Assembly: GCF_009914755.1 (NCBI RefSeq)
Contig: NC_060943.1
Reading direction: 5' to 3' (one strand)
Length of the DNA: 64,000 bases
DNA from: the human T2T-CHM13v2.0 reference genome, Homo sapiens
Both the position numbers and the translations under genes were made by a program. Under the pieces are notes generated by a model, which worked only from the letters and a program-made list of their open reading frames with translations, did not search any database and was not told the origin of the DNA. Positions within the stretch are counted from its first letter, which is position 1, and each line of letters begins with the position of its first letter. Below are positions 36,129 to 49,192 of the stretch, piece by piece.

Positions 36129-37128
36129 GGAACACCAACCCCACCCCTCAGTCCTTGTCCCAAACACTCAGCTGTGATCTTCCTAAACGTGCCACTTTTA
36201 GCCCACCAGGAGAGGAGGGTGACAGGCTGGGGGAAGTGGAAGGGAAAGGCAAAAGGCAGATGGCAGCTGGCAACTTGATCCTTTTTGATTCCTCTTTTGC
36301 CTGAGAGAAAAAGAATGTGCCTGGTAAGAATTTAGGAGGGCAGTGGCTTCTCATGCACCAAGCCAGGGATGTTCTTTAGAACTCCTTACACACAAGCCAA
36401 CCCTCTCCCCATACAGTCCTTAGCCTGCCAAGGAGAAGTTGAAAAATCAAGGGACACTTTCTCTACCACTCCTACACACAAAGCAAACCCTGTCTCTAGA
36501 GGTGTGTTGGGACAAGGGTCATACCTGCAGGGACCCAGGCTTAACCCTCTCCTGCCAACAAGCTGGACACACACCCCATGGAAGGCTCTCCTAGTGAGGC
36601 CTTTCCTCATCAGCCCCAAGTACTGCTCAGTTCAGGCTCTTCTCTCAAGAGGGAATGGTTCCAAGTTAGGGAAATCAAATGGAATCCATTTGTCAGCCTG
36701 GAGAGGCACGCCAGTGGTCCTTGCCTGCTGCTGTACATTTAGTCTTTCCCCATGGTTACAGGACAGTTTCTGAGTCCCTGCCATTAAGAATATGACCACA
36801 GGGACTCATGTGACTAATTTGGCTGCAGTCTCTGTTCTCTGGGTCTCAGGAAGACCCTACCTGGAAAGGTTTTGATGGCCCTTGGCCTGGAGTGCAGGGG
36901 ATGGACCAAGCAATTTGGGGGAGTCCCTGTTATTTACAGCTTCATTGTGTTTATAGCAGACAGAGAACTAGCAGTCTACACTACAGATGAGAACATTTGA
37001 GGTCCAGCCAGGGGAAGTGACTTACCCAAGTGCACACAACATCTTTAGTAGCAGATTCAGGACTCCAACCCTAGTCTCCAAATGCTATCACGGTGTTTGC
37101 TCTGCTCTACTGCACTAATCTTGGAGGC

Positions 37129-37469
37129 TGTATTAGTCCATTTTCACAGTACTATAAAGAACTACCCGAGACTGGGTAATTATAAAGAACCTTAATTGAC
37201 TCACAGTTCTGCATGGCTGGGGAGGACTCAGGAAACTTACAATCATGGCAGAAGGTGAAGGGGAAGCAAGGCACGTCTTACATGGCAGTAGAAGAGGGAA
37301 GTGCCATACTCTTAAACCATCAGATCTCATAATAATTCACTATCATGAGAGCAGCATGGGGAAAACTATCCCCTGATCCAATCACCTCCCACCAGGTCCC
37401 TCCTTTGACACATGGGGATTACAACTCGAGATGAGATTTCGGTGGGGGACACAGAGCCAAACCATATCA
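37129..37469 (-). mobile_element. MaLR solo LTR (MSTA/THE1D-like)
   Basis: TGTATTAGTCCATTTTCAC...GACACAGAGCCAAACCATATCA. Confidence 0.9.
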
Positions 37470-37630
37470 TAGCCCAACCATGACAACACCTTCTCTGAAG
37501 TGTGGCCTCCTCCAGGAGGGACCATGGATTTCTGTAGATGTAGGTGGACTCTGGGTGAAGGTGCCGGGGCCAAAGATCCTCATGTCTCTCCCTCCACTCT
37601 CTCTCTCCTTCCCCAGAGCCCTGCCCTAGT

Positions 37631-38230
37631 CTTACGTAAGATCAGCAGTTGCTGACAGATGCTGCTCAGCCTCAGCAGGGACTGGGTGAGGGCAAGGGCT
37701 GGAGAGGGCTTTAAGCAGGCCTTTGGGATGGAGCCTGGTGAGCCAGCCCTGTGTCAGGAAGAATGTGTGGCAGGGGATGGGCAGAGTGGGGAGATGGCGG
37801 TGGGGGGTGTTGGCTATTTTGGCAGGTGCAGGAACAAAGCCACAGAAATATGTGCCCCATGCCATAGATGCCCATGTGGCCCTCCAGGTGCTCAGATAAG
37901 CTATCTGAAACCAGAGCAGATACACAGGGAACACGGATGGAAAGTAAACCAGCTGTCCCTCTTGAGAATCCTGATAAAGCAGAGGCCACCCAGGCCTGGG
38001 ATTGCAGGCTGGGAGCAGAGTTTGGGGGTAGAAGGCAACCTCCAAGACGTTCCTTAATCTCTGTGCCAGGATCTTGGAAGTCAGAGGGTAAAAGCACACC
38101 TGCAGCTGTACTTGAGCTGATGCTGTGGATACACACTCCTAAATCTATGTGGGGACAGTTTTGCCTACTAGGAAAGGTCACCCCATGACCAGACTACTGG
38201 CTCCTTTTAATGGGCTGAGCAGTGTTGGCA
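37631..38230 (-). promoter_or_regulatory. TNNT2: Diverged duplicate of the cardiac troponin T (TNNT2) proximal promoter and non-coding exon 1 (paralogous copy; symbol is the parent gene)
   Basis: The minus strand is colinear with the recalled human cTnT promoter (CTCTGCTTTATCAGGATTCTCAAGAGGGACAGCTGGTTTA; ATAGCTTATCTGAGCA; GCACCTGCCAAAATAGC; GGGCTGGCTCACCAGGC; GCCTGCTTAAAGCCCTCTCCA). Exon 1 ends at a GTAAG donor (37635-37631). It lies just downstream of LAD1, as at the parent locus. Confidence 0.85.
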
Positions 38231-40269
38231 GGCTGCTGGCTCTGCAGGGCTCAGTGAGAACATCTGCAACATGGATCTTCTCCATGAACCCCAAGGCCAT
38301 GTGGCAAGCCCTCCTCCCAGGGAATGGACTTAAAGTGCTACAAGAGGTCAGATACAAAGCAGAGTTTTCATTCAAAAACCTAAAACAGGAAACTGTTTGA
38401 GGGGGGTAGTGAGGACCGATAAAGATCATTTCCCAGTGGTTTTAAAATCAAGGGATGTAAGACCACAATCTGCTAAAGCTACCAGATTATAAATCCATAG
38501 TTCAGGACCCAGGAGGTCTATTGGCTTGCACATGGATGCCTATGCATGTGCATGTTTGTGTTCGTTGATGGCACATTGTAGGTTCAGTACATAATGAAAA
38601 TGAGAGAGGAGGAAAGCAAGTCTGGTGGCAGCTGAGCTGACTCTTCCACTTGATCTGTCTCTGAATCCTCACAGCCCAGGTCCTGCCTGGCTCTGAAGGA
38701 GAAATGGTCCTCTGGACCAGGCCTTCCCCTCCCCCATGAGCCCCCCGAAACCTGCAGATCTTGCCTACTTGCGATCCACACTCTTCTGTTTGTGGACAAA
38801 GAATGAAGTCTTGCCATTATCTGCTCCCTTCTCCAGTCACTCAACCACATGTCCTGCCTTCCAGTCCTCAAATTCTTCTCTCAATCCTGCTGCCTTGGGA
38901 ACTACTATGTTGCATCTACAGCTCCTGTCCTTGAAAGAATCCTCTGCACATGGGACTTCCATTTGCTCCACACCATTCCGGACCCCATCCCCTCCACGGT
39001 CCCCGGTGGCCTCTGAGTCCTGTGGCCTTGATTCCCCAGCCAGGCTTATCTTCCTCCATGTGGGCCTCCACACTACTAGCAGATCCACAGCAGGGCCAGC
39101 TGAAGCCACATGCCTGCCAGCCAGCATCCTGAGAAGGAGGAGATATCAGGAAAGCAAGAGGCTTGACAGAGAGAGACAAATGGGTTGGGGGATAAAGTGG
39201 AGAGTGAGAAAGAAGCCAGGCTGCTCAGAGAAAAGTCAGGGAACCTTTAATCTCTGTTTCCCATTCTAGCCCACCAGGGTCCAGACTTGCTTTGTGTCCT
39301 GGCCTGGAATAATCTAGAATTTAGGAATTGCTTTTCTTAAACCCTCCCTTAACTTAAGGGTGGCTTACTGTTCCTTGTAAGCTGAACAGCCCTTCAAACA
39401 GACTACAGCTTATTTGTCTGGATGCCTGGAAGAGGGATCTGGGCAACTAGAGCCCTACAAAGCCCAATGGACAAACCCCAGTAGATCCTGGGTATCATGG
39501 ACTGCATGTGTGAGGCTCCTACTGACCGTTCCAAGGCAGGAACTCTGTTCAGGAAGCTATGAGACAGTCACTTATCTAGTGAGGAAATCCAGCCACCATC
39601 CAGCAGCCACTGCTCAACACCAAATAGTTACTCCCAGCCCATTGTGGATATCCCTGTCCTTGCAAAGTGATGTAACAAAAGTCACCTTCCAGCACAACAA
39701 TTGATAGGAAGAGAAATCCAAGCTGTAGCAGCAGGAGAAAGTATGTGCTGAAACAGTGCTTGCAAATTTCAGGGGCCACAAGAGGACAGGCCACTTATGG
39801 GGTCACAGGGCCACTGTGACAGTAGAGCAGGTGGGCAGGTCAAAGATTGGTGAGTGGGAGCCCTGTTCTGTCTCCAGAGGGTGCTCAATGTCATCCTCCT
39901 CCAAGAGGCCTCCCCACCCACCTGCCTACCCAGTGGCTACTACTCATTTAACTGCCAAATGAAGTCATCTTGAACACATGCTGGTCTCTTTAGTAGCTGT
40001 GTCCCCAGCAGGAATGAGGGCAGGGACCTCATGTGTTGGATGCACACATACAAATGAGAGGGAGCTGTGGAGCGGTGCCCCTGACATTTCCCCAGCAGCC
40101 TGCCCTCAATGGGCACCCCAGGGAGAGTGTGCAGGCATGAAGGGCCCCACCCCTGGAGCTGAAGCTGCAGGAAGAGGCCCCTCGGTGTCCTCTCAGGCTC
40201 TTACTCCAGAGGAGTCCGGCTCCACTACCTGGGAAGGCTTTTAGGAGCCTCTCCTAAGCCTGTGTGGGG

Positions 40270-43200
40270 AGAATTTTGCTTACTAAAAAAGTTTACGTGT
40301 GAGAGGGACTTTCCAAAGTTTAGAAAATGAGCATGTGAAGGTCATCTGCTTGAGGCTCAGAGGGGAAAAATGTATCAGGGTCACACTGGAGGTTCCGGCA
40401 GAGCCAGAGCTGTTGAAATCACCCAAAGCTCTGGGCAGGACTGAACCCATTCCTCTGCCCTGTCCTCGATTTGTCCTCCAACTCTCAGCTGTGGAATTGG
40501 AATATTCACCAAGCTCCAGCCCTGGCAGTGAGTGAGGTTTGCTTGGGGCAGGGCCCTCAGGTCCTGGTACCCCTAGCTCAGTGCAGGCACAGGAGACTCA
40601 CTGGCTGGAAGCGGGCCAGCCCAGGGGCACCGGGAATCCTGCACAGATGGGGCTCTGAGGGCCTCTGTTCCCTGGACCCCAGATCTGAGACAGGAGCCCT
40701 CATCCAGAATCATGGAGCCAGGGCAGGGCTCCTGCCCTACATGCTTGTGGGGAGTGGGCACGGCTCTGCACCTGGTCTCACCCTCTCTGGTTATGGATAG
40801 CACCAGGATAGTCAATCAACAGAGTTCTAATGATTGAAAGAAAAGCATTAAACTACAGCCTGAAGGGGCTGAGAGGCACCAGGCTGATTTTCTTAGGGTG
40901 GTTGGTCCTAGAGTCTCTGAAGGCTCATCATTCTACAAGCTCACACAGTCCATGTGAGGAGAAGAGGAGGGACAAGCAGCTGGGAGCAGATCAGGACCTC
41001 AGTGATGAGGATATCACAGGCACATGGAGGTATGTGCTGGAAGCTGATGAGACAGATGACCCTGGAGTTCTTGAAGGACACTGCACCTGACCCTAGAAGT
41101 GAGCTGGAAGGGATGGACATCTCCAGATAGGGCGCTGAGCCCCCATAGTGCTGATGTGCACCAGCACAGATTCCAGTATCTGCTGTGCCTGCAGTGGGAC
41201 AAGGTGTCAGGGCACACCTGCTCCCAGAGGCTGGGCTGGGAAGAAGTTGGCTGAGTCTCGCCAATATCCCTGAGCCCTAGAGGCTCTGGCCAGACAGGTC
41301 CATAGGCAGACAGGGAGCAGAGGCAATGAGACACACGGGTGCTTCTGCAAGAGTCATGGCTCTGGCATGAGGGAGACCTCTTGAGATGCAGACTCGAAGG
41401 TCTGTCTTGGCAGGATTTGTCACACCTGTGGGGCAAAGAGCTAGAACAAGGAAAGGCTGGGAGAGGAAGGGGTCACCGGACAGGAAGGCAACTAATAGAG
41501 TTTGGCTTTGTCCCTACCCAAAATCTCATCTTAAATTATAATTCCCAAAATCCCCACGTGACAAGGGAGAGACCAGGTGGAGGTAAGTGAATCATGGGTG
41601 CATTTTCCCCTGTACAGTTTTCATGATAGTGAGTGAGTTCTAATGAGACCTGATTATTTTATAAGTGTTTGGGCAAGTTCCTTCTTTGGTCATTCTCCTT
41701 TCTGCCACCTTGTGAAGAAGGTGGCTTGCTTCCCCTTTGCCTTCCGCCATGATTTTAAGTTTCCTGAGGCCTTCCAAGCCATGTGGAACTGTGAGTTAAT
41801 TAAAACTCTTTCCTTTACAAATTACCCAGCCTCGGGTATTTTCTTATAGCAATGTGATAAAGTACTAATAAAGCACATTCCTTTGCATGAATGATACGCC
41901 CACAGTGGGTCAGAGTCCTGCAATCTGTTGGCTGAAAGGGCAGGGGCTCTGCAAAGCTGCAGGGAAGCAAAGCCAGCTGAGGGTTCTCCTATGTTCCTGT
42001 GGTTGGTTCAGACCAGCCTATGTGAGCAGGTGTGGGGCATTCTGGGTGGTTGGACTGTGCAACTGCAGGCATATTAGTGTGTGCACAAAGGGGAGTATGT
42101 GAGAGTCTCCCACCATGCACCTGTGGTCCTCTGCCCCAGAGCTAGGCCCCTCCCTGCCCCTCAGTGTCCAGTGAGGGGTCAGATTTCTTTTCCCACTGAG
42201 TCCTGTTGTGGTTGCTGACTCTTTTCATGCCTCCTGATTGAGAGAATCAAGGTGGAGATCAGGGACTAAGGCAGGACAGTGAGGGGCTCAAGATCCCCCA
42301 GGCCCAGCCCCCTGCTCAGGGTATTCCCCCTCTTCCTGAAAGGGAAGCGACCAATACCTACCCCTTCCCTCTGCTATAGTCTGACCCACAGGCCTGTCCA
42401 TTGCCCCCTTACCTCCCCCGTATCTACCCCTGAAATGACTCATTGCTCTAGGGGCTTTTCCTCCTCTGCCCTGGGCCCAGAGTAAGAGACATCAGGGAAG
42501 GAAAGGGTACCTGGGAGTCTTGATCTCCAGACTCCTGGACCTTCTGATCCACACATTGAGCCTTGACATCACCACCCCTAAGACCCTCAAGATCTCCTAA
42601 AAAGAGAGCCTTCCATCCTAGGGTTTAGGGCCACTTGCAGCAGCAAGGCATTTTCAGAGGCCCTGGATTGAGGATAGACTCTGCCTCACTCCCATTACAT
42701 CCAGAACATGCTATAGACACATGAAAAAGCTCCCTCACTGTCCCTAGGAAGCCATGTGCTCAGCTAAGGAGATGGGCTCAGGAACATGATGGTAACTCAA
42801 GGTTCTGCCAACATTACTTGACATATGAAAATACAGAGTTTTCTAGCACTGCCATGGCCAAGATTTTGGTTTTGGAGACCTCCGAGCTAATCAGCCTAAA
42901 GATCCCTTGCAGGCCCTGAGCCCCCCACCTTCTGGCTGTAGGCCGATCTGCCAGTTCCTTCTCCAAGAGGTGGTGTTTGCTGACTATACCCACACAAACA
43001 ATGAAGCGCTCAGTGTGACAGGAGCTCAGAGACTTAATGGATTCTGATCTCTGGGAACCAAGAACACAAACTGCTCCCTGACCCATAGAGGTGAGGTGCA
43101 CAGACCATGCCCAGCACATCAGGTATCCTCTACACTTCTGGAGGGGCCCCACTCACCTGTATAGCTGTGTGTATCCTGCCAGTGTCTCTCCCAACTTCAC

Positions 43201-46200
43201 TGTGCTGGCCAGGAGCCTCATGCTGGCACTGCAGAATGGAAGACAGGACAGACAAGCCATGTGAGACATCCCCACCTCAGGAAGACCAGGTCTGTCCCTA
43301 GGGCTGGAGGAGTAGTCCCCAGCACCAAAGAGAACATGGTCCTCCATCACAGAGTGGACTATGTTGACTTGGCCAAAGTGAAGAACTTCCAGACTCCAGG
43401 AATTTTTCTCCATTCCTGAGAAACATCCCACTCAGTAGGACATCCCCAGGATCAGAACATCTTCCACTCCTTCCTTCTCCCCTTCTCTTCCAACAACTAT
43501 CACTTTCACCTCAAAGACACCTCCTGAATCAGATCCTTCCTTTCCATCTTCCCCACCAAAGCAATCAACATCTATCTGCTCCCCGGCCTGCCACCCAGAG
43601 CTCTTCACCAGGCTGCTTATACCTCAAATAAATCTGATCTGGTCCTTCCCGCTCAGACCCCTCAGACTGCAGAACAGGGGCCAAACTCCTTGGCATATCA
43701 CACAAGGCTCTCATTATCTGGTCCCTCCCCCTGCCTACACCTCATGCCTATGTGCCAGCCGACAGAACACCCATGCTCTTCACTGTGCCCTTCCACATTC
43801 TGTTCCTTCTATTGGAAATGCCATTCCTCCAGTTTTCCACCTGAAAACATCCCACTAGTTCTTCAAGTTCCATGTTGAATGTCAATTGCTTCATAATACC
43901 TTCCCCAGCTCTCACAGGCTGAGTGGTTGCAGCTACTCCTGAGCTCCTAGCCCTGGGTTTGAAATTCCTGTCCCTGCACCTCCCTGCTCGAGTGGTCTGT
44001 GTGTGTTTCATGGTCTCATGTGAGTTGCTTGAGGGCAGCAACTCTGCCATTCATCATTGTACTCATCCTCTTCCATCCCCACCCCAACCCCCAGGCCTAG
44101 CCCAGCAGTCAGCTTCAGTGAATGTTTAGAGGGCAGATGAATACAGCACAAGTGGATTAAATTCCTAACACATACGTGCAACTCCTTTTCAGATCTGATA
44201 TTTTTTTCCCAAAGCATGATCCTCAGACTCCTGCATCAATGTTATGGAGCATGGGAACCCTTATCAATCCCACAGATCCACAGGCACCAGGCCTGCTGAG
44301 GTAGAGGCTTTCCCTCCCTACGCTGTTCCTGGTCTCCCTCCTGAAAAGCCTCCTCCTCCTTCCCACCTCAAGACTAAACCCTCCTCCTTCTTTGGTGCCC
44401 CATCCAAGCCCTGCATCCTCCAAGCAGCTCTCCCTGATCCTACTTCCCTGTTCCATCTAATCCAGCTACAGTCTCTCCTGTTAATCCCATCCCTTGCCAG
44501 ATCTGGAGCCCTGGGCAAGGAATGCATGTTCCTTTTGTGTATCATAGGGTACAGCGTGGCACAAAGGACATGGGTGGCAGATACTCAGAAAACAATCTGA
44601 ATATGACCAACAGGAAAGAGCTGGGGCCTCCAGTCCCCCTCGCCCCAACCTGCAGATTAAAGTGGTTTCTCAGTTGTTTTTCCTGGGGCTCATCTGAAGG
44701 GGGCAGGAAAAGCGGTGGCTTGTGAGAGTCCTGGGGAGGTCGGTGGCCCCCTCAAGTCAGGACGCTTCCTCCTCCTTGGATATCCTACAGCTTCCACCAA
44801 GCGTCAACTGTGACCAAAGAAGTCTGTGGACAAGCCTTCATTAAAGACTGTTGTCTTGTCTGGTAAACGTATCTGTGAAACCCCATACACCAGTCAGGGT
44901 CACAAGCCCTTCTCTAGGTTTCCTTCTTGGGAAGCTGTTAACTACCTGTTTTCCTATCTGCCTATCTGCCTGCCAGCCCTGTGGGGCACCAATCAACATC
45001 GGGCCTTCAGCCTCCTCCCTAGGGCCTGGCACACATTAGAGACGCAATGCCCAGTGAATGAGTGAGTGACCCTGTGAACCAAATAATGAAGAATAAACAC
45101 TAGGACAAGGCAATATGAGATTTCCCCACACCGCATACTTTGTACTGTTGGAGCAGTGGCCTAGCAGAGAGCATTAGGAGAGCCCTGCTGCTCTCCACCT
45201 CTCCCCTCTGCTCCTGTGCAAGCCTCCTAAGTGATGCCAGAAACTGATGAAGGCAGGTGTGGGCCTCCTGAAGCCCAGTGCCATCCTGGCCTGTACTGTC
45301 ATCTGCAGCTCCGACCTTGCCCACTACGTGGGGCTGCTAATGCTTACTGGCACCCAGCTCCTGGGTCACTAACCTACTCTCCTTTATTTAGCACAGCCTT
45401 GTCTGCTTGGGGCCACCCATGGGAACCCAAAGCCCTACTCTATCCAGAGCATGGTCCTATCTAGTCCGAGGCTCCTATGCTGTGATGGGTGCTGGATTCC
45501 TCAGTTTACCTTGCAATGGATTCAAGACAAGGGTGTGCTGTGCTCTTACCTGAAAGGAGGTGGTCCTGGCCTGGAGTATTTGAGGGAGCTACTGCAGGCG
45601 CATCGAGTGGATGAGGGGGTCTGCCTCTTCCTCCTTGCTGGGGTTTTTTACCCAGACAGGGCAGGGGGAGCATCACACAGAGGTCTAGAGCCCAGTGGGC
45701 TCAGGCAGCCACAGACCCCATGTTTCATCCCAGGAGCTGCAGGAGAAGGGGAAAGTGAGACAGTCCTCTGCCTCTCTCTCCTGCCTCCTTCACCTTCTGT
45801 AAGAGTGGTTGGTGGATAAGCATTCCCTTGGGGCCAGGTCACCAGGCAGAGCTTCCTAGGGGAGCTTCCGGAATGATCTGAGGCTTCCCAAGAGTCTGTT
45901 GGAGCCCTGGAGTCCAGGCCTGGATGAGGATGTGGTAGGGGGTACCAGGTCTCCCTGCCCCATGGCTGGTGCCCCTTGAAGTCTAGCAGCCTGCCCCATC
46001 TCAGTCCCTGCTCTGACCATGGCTGGAAGGAGGCAGTGGGGAAGAGACTGCCAACACCAACCTGCCTTAGTGGGGTGGGTGAGAGACAGACAGGGAGCCA
46101 GAGACCACCTGAGTGGAAATAGGAAGGAGCCCTCCAGGGTGGAGGGTGGAAGGGTAGGAGGGAGAGGACACTGCCAACCAGGAGTGTGACTAGTGAGAGG

Positions 46201-48581
46201 CAGGAGACTACAGTCAGAGGGCCCAAAATGCCCTGCTCTGCAGAGGACGGCAGTTTCTTCCAAGGGAGGGCCCTTTCTGTCTGCCTCTCAGTGGTGGCTT
46301 GGCCTCCTCCGAGAGGCCGGCTGCTCCTGGGCCTGGGCTGCTCTGAGGCTGCAGTCTTCTTTGGAGCCAGCTTGATGTCTTGTCAGGCTCTTCTTTAGGA
46401 CTGGTGACCTCTCGAAGATCGATGCTTTCTCAGACACCAGTCTCCTTTCTGAGCCTGGTGTGTTTTCTGAGACACTTGTCTTTTCTAGAACCGACCTCTC
46501 TGAGATGGACTTTTGCTTTATCACCACTATCTTCTCCTACACTGATGCCTTTCCTGGGGCCAGTGTCTTCTCTGAGACACCTGTCTTTACTGGAACCAGC
46601 TTCTTCTCTGAGCTGTCTTTTCTCTGATACCACTGTCTTCTCAGATACAGATGTTTTCTCCAAGGCTAGCACCTTCTTGGCGATGGAGGTTTTTTCTGAG
46701 ACCAGTCTCTCATCCAGTGCTGTCTTCCCTAGCATGGAGTATTTCTCTGAGAAGACTGGGGACTTCTCTGTTTTTTTTCCTCCCTCATGGCTCCCTGCTC
46801 ACCAAGCTCTCCTCCTCCAGGGCCCAGGGACCCCGCTGCTCCTGGCTTTGTCTCTGGTGAGGTGAGGTCTCCAGTTCCTTCTTGGGGACTAGGAGATGCT
46901 GCACATCCTGCTAGGGTCCCAGTTTCCCCTTTGCTCCTCTGCCTTCTGCCTCTCCCAGATGGGTGCCCATGCAGCCTTCACCACCTGCTACCTCTGCCCC
47001 TTCTGACAGATTATGATAGCTTGGATGTCCTCCTCCTCATCTTTGGAGGCTGGGGCAGCAGCTTGGAAACCTCTACTTCTTCCATGCTTGAGAGTCTGAG
47101 TAGGGAGGTGGAGTTGGAAATATAATCACAGGATATCAGAAATGGAAGGGACCTTGGGGGCACCTAACCAATGGAGATGCCTTCAGGACCACCATGGGGA
47201 ATACAAGAATGTCAGGCCCTGCCCTCCTCCCCACCACCACTTAAATAAGGATTATCTTTACCTACTCTACATATTAGGCTTCCAAGGGGTCATTGAACAA
47301 AGCAAGCCATGCTTTTTTAAAAAGTTAATAAACCCCTAGTAAGGTCCAACTATTCCATGTTTAGACATAGTCAAAAAAAATTAAGCAACTATATTATATG
47401 TGCCAGACCCTGTGCTAGGCATTGAGGGTCAAAAGAAATAAGCACAGCTTCTGTTCCTTAGAACTTAGATCAAAACTAGAAGTATTCAGGGATTTGTCAA
47501 AGGTCTCACAGCTAATTGACAGGAGAGCTTGGAGTGAAAGCGAGGGCTTCTGATGCACCATTCCACTTTCCTGTCAGTCACATGGGTACAGTTGAGACCA
47601 AGTGATAGCCACAGGTATTGCTGCGGCCTAGGGCACATGCCCTGTTCTCCATCCTCTGGGGCACCCAGGGAAACAACAGCATGAGAAGACTGTCAAAAAC
47701 CCACAGCACTCGGCCTCCAGAGAAAGGAGATTCTTTTCCTTCCTCAACTACCTCTTCTCCATGTGATTTCAGGCAGGTTAACTCACTTTCAAAGCCTCGG
47801 TTTTCAAATCTGCAAACAAGGCTTGCAAGGAAGTAAAAGGAGACTCATCTCATGAGAGTGCCCAGCACAGTCCTGGCATGTGAGTGGCATTCAGTAAATT
47901 CTGGGCCCTTCTCTTCCTTTCCTCATAATCTCAAAGTCTAGATGGCAAAACCAGTTCTAATGTTCCTCCCCTCAGAAGTGAATTATGGGGGTCAGGATTA
48001 GAGGGAGGCAGGCTGGCTAACAGGAAGAGGTGAGCCCCAGAGCTGGACAGATCTGGATACAAACTCTGGTCCTGCTGCTCTGTAGGCATATGATTCCCTC
48101 AGTATCCTTCAGCCCAGTTTCCCTTTCTGTAAAATGGGTTCACAATACCTCCCTCTCAGGAATATTGTGAGAACTAAGTGAGCTATGGCCATAAAATGTC
48201 CCACACAGTTTTGGCTCATGGATGATCTCAATACTGGCAATCATTGTTGTGAAGAGGGTGGAACCTAGCAGGTCTGAGGGGTCTGGAGAAGGTGAGGAAT
48301 TTGAAATTTATCTTCACAACCTTCAGCTTCATTCTCTGGGCTTCAGTGCTTGGCCGGCTGAACACGCTGCACGAAATCTGGAGAAGCTAATTCATCCCCA
48401 CCACCCAGGATACCACAATGGTACCCTGGCCCCTGCCTTGACCTGAGCACTTCTCAGAGGCCCGACGTTCTCCATCTGGCTGATCCTGGGAGCCTCGTCC
48501 TCTGTGGTTTAGCTCTGGCTGCAGTGGCACCATCTGAGCTTCTGCTCCTCCTTATCTTCCAAAGACCACTACCAGGAAAGG
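40270..48581 (-). pseudogene. LAD1: Unprocessed ladinin-1 (LAD1) pseudogene, exons 2-10; exon 1 not found (symbol is the parent gene)
   Basis: Exons match recalled LAD1 peptides: e2 48451-48581 (LEDKEEQ..DEAPRISQ), e3 46179-47095 (SKDEEEDIQ; SEK repeats; RRLVSEKASIFE), e4 45550-45651 (PSKEEEAD), e5 44650-44693, e6 43157-43228 (SASM..TVKLGE), e7 42929-43050 (RSESIKS..SKHHLLEKELA), e8 42511-42596 (GVVMSRLNVWI), e9 42160-42233 (RTQWEKKSDPSLDTE), e10 from 41425 (GTG TGA plus 3'UTR; the 3' end is approximate). In-frame stops in e2 (48569-48571), e5 and e9, plus frameshifts. Confidence 0.92.
41493..41871 (+). mobile_element. THE1 (MaLR) solo LTR in the last intron of the LAD1 pseudogene
   Basis: GTTTGGCTTTGTCCCTACCCAAAATCTCATCTT...TTCTTATAGCAATGTGA...CTAATA. 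Confidence 0.9.
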
Positions 48582-48723
48582 CTCAGGGAGGGGAGGAGAG
48601 GGTCAGCACAGCACGGAGAAACATAAGACCCTCCCCATTGCATATTCCTGTGGGGCTGAAAGAAGAGACCACATACCCTCCTGCCTGCATTGAACACAAG
48701 AGGCTGTCAAGTGCTTGAAATGC

Positions 48724-48960
48724 AGCTGGTCTGAACAGAGACATACTGTGTGAAATACACACTGGATTTTAAAAACCAGTTAAAACTCTCATTAGGAATT
48801 GTGTATACTAATTACATGGTGAAATGGTAATATTTTTGATATATTGGGGTAAATGAGCTATCGTATTAACATAATTTTACTTTTTACTTTTTTAATGTGA
48901 CCACTCAAAATTTTAACATTTTAAATGTAGTTCCCATTATATGTCTATTAAATTTCTACT
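48724..48960. mobile_element. MER33-like DNA transposon fossil
   Basis: AAATACACACTGGATTT...ATTACATGGTGAAATGGTAATATTTTTGATATATTGGGGTAAAT...TTTTAATGTGACCACT. Confidence 0.7.
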
Positions 48961-48984
48961 AAAGCTGTAGGGATTTGATTTAAA

Positions 48985-49192
48985 CCAGGGTTTCTCCACC
49001 TCGGCACCACTGACACTTTGACCAGATAATTCCGTGTGTGAGTCTGTCCTGGATTGTAGGATGTTTAGCAGCAAACTTAGCCAATACCTGCTGGGTGCCA
49101 GTAGTAGCATCCCCCAGCTGTGACAATGAAAATGCTTTCTGACATTGCTGAATGTCGCTGGGGGGCAAAATCACCTCAGATGAGAATCCCTG
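48985..49192 (+). mobile_element. MER20-like DNA transposon fossil
   Basis: CAGGGTTTCTCCACCTCGGCACCACTGACACTTTG...GCAAAATCACCTCAGATGAGAATCCCTG. Confidence 0.8.

Noticed and set aside
45648-46865. 192-aa and 161-aa ORFs
   Set aside because: Mostly intronic read-through, and the antisense frame of the SEK-repeat exon.
37631-48581. The functional TNNT2-LAD1 locus of another primate
   Set aside because: LAD1 has in-frame stops, frameshifts, two lost splice sites and no visible exon 1, and TNNT2 coding exons are absent.
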